Below the pieces are notes generated by a model. That model worked only from the letters and a program-made list of their open reading frames with translations, was not told the DNA's origin and searched no databases. A program made the translations under genes and the position numbers. This document shows, piece after piece, positions 63,938 to 64,000 of a stretch of 64,000 bases of DNA. How positions within the stretch are numbered: position 1 is the first letter of the stretch; every line of letters starts with the position of its first letter. This stretch comes from Candidatus Bathyarchaeota archaeon (GTDB taxonomy: Archaea; Thermoproteota; Bathyarchaeia; Bathyarchaeales; Bathycorpusculaceae), in the NCBI GenBank assembly GCA_963720565.1, contig CAVRFW010000009.1, forward strand, positions 441,322 to 505,321, in the 5' to 3' direction.

Positions 63938-64000
63938 GATCAGCTCGCCACGGGCGCGGTCGCCGGCTGCTCGTCACCGGGCTCGCCGCCGAACACCGTC

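Overview
Positions 1 to about 60190 are archaeal chromosomal DNA, about 40-45% GC by eye. The gene content (cdvA, two cdvB, cdvC, aIF-1A, aIF-2beta, Rio1, Dim2, BHB-intron tRNA, GFEYV-tailed integrase) points to a TACK lineage, most likely Bathyarchaeia; that assignment is my inference. The window holds a nucleoside ABC operon, radical SAM enzymes, an ESCRT/Cdv division operon, three UbiA prenyltransferases and an ABC exporter pair. It also holds an ATP-cone/SPFH/zinc-ribbon operon, a ThrC-like + DUF1611 + PP-loop operon, housekeeping genes, tRNA-Tyr with two introns, tRNA-Gln, and a small island bounded by ~52-bp att-like repeats next to an integrase relic. At about 60191-60201 the sequence switches abruptly to ~70% GC Gram-negative bacterial DNA (mrpE/F, outer-membrane barrel, OprM-like), most likely a chimeric join. 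Many genes are split by single-base indels, probably long-read errors. The best leads are a 172-nt rod-like structured RNA candidate (8034-8205), the DUF1611/MurL-like operon, the ATP-cone-SPFH operon, the att-repeat island and several apparent ACG/CTG start codons.
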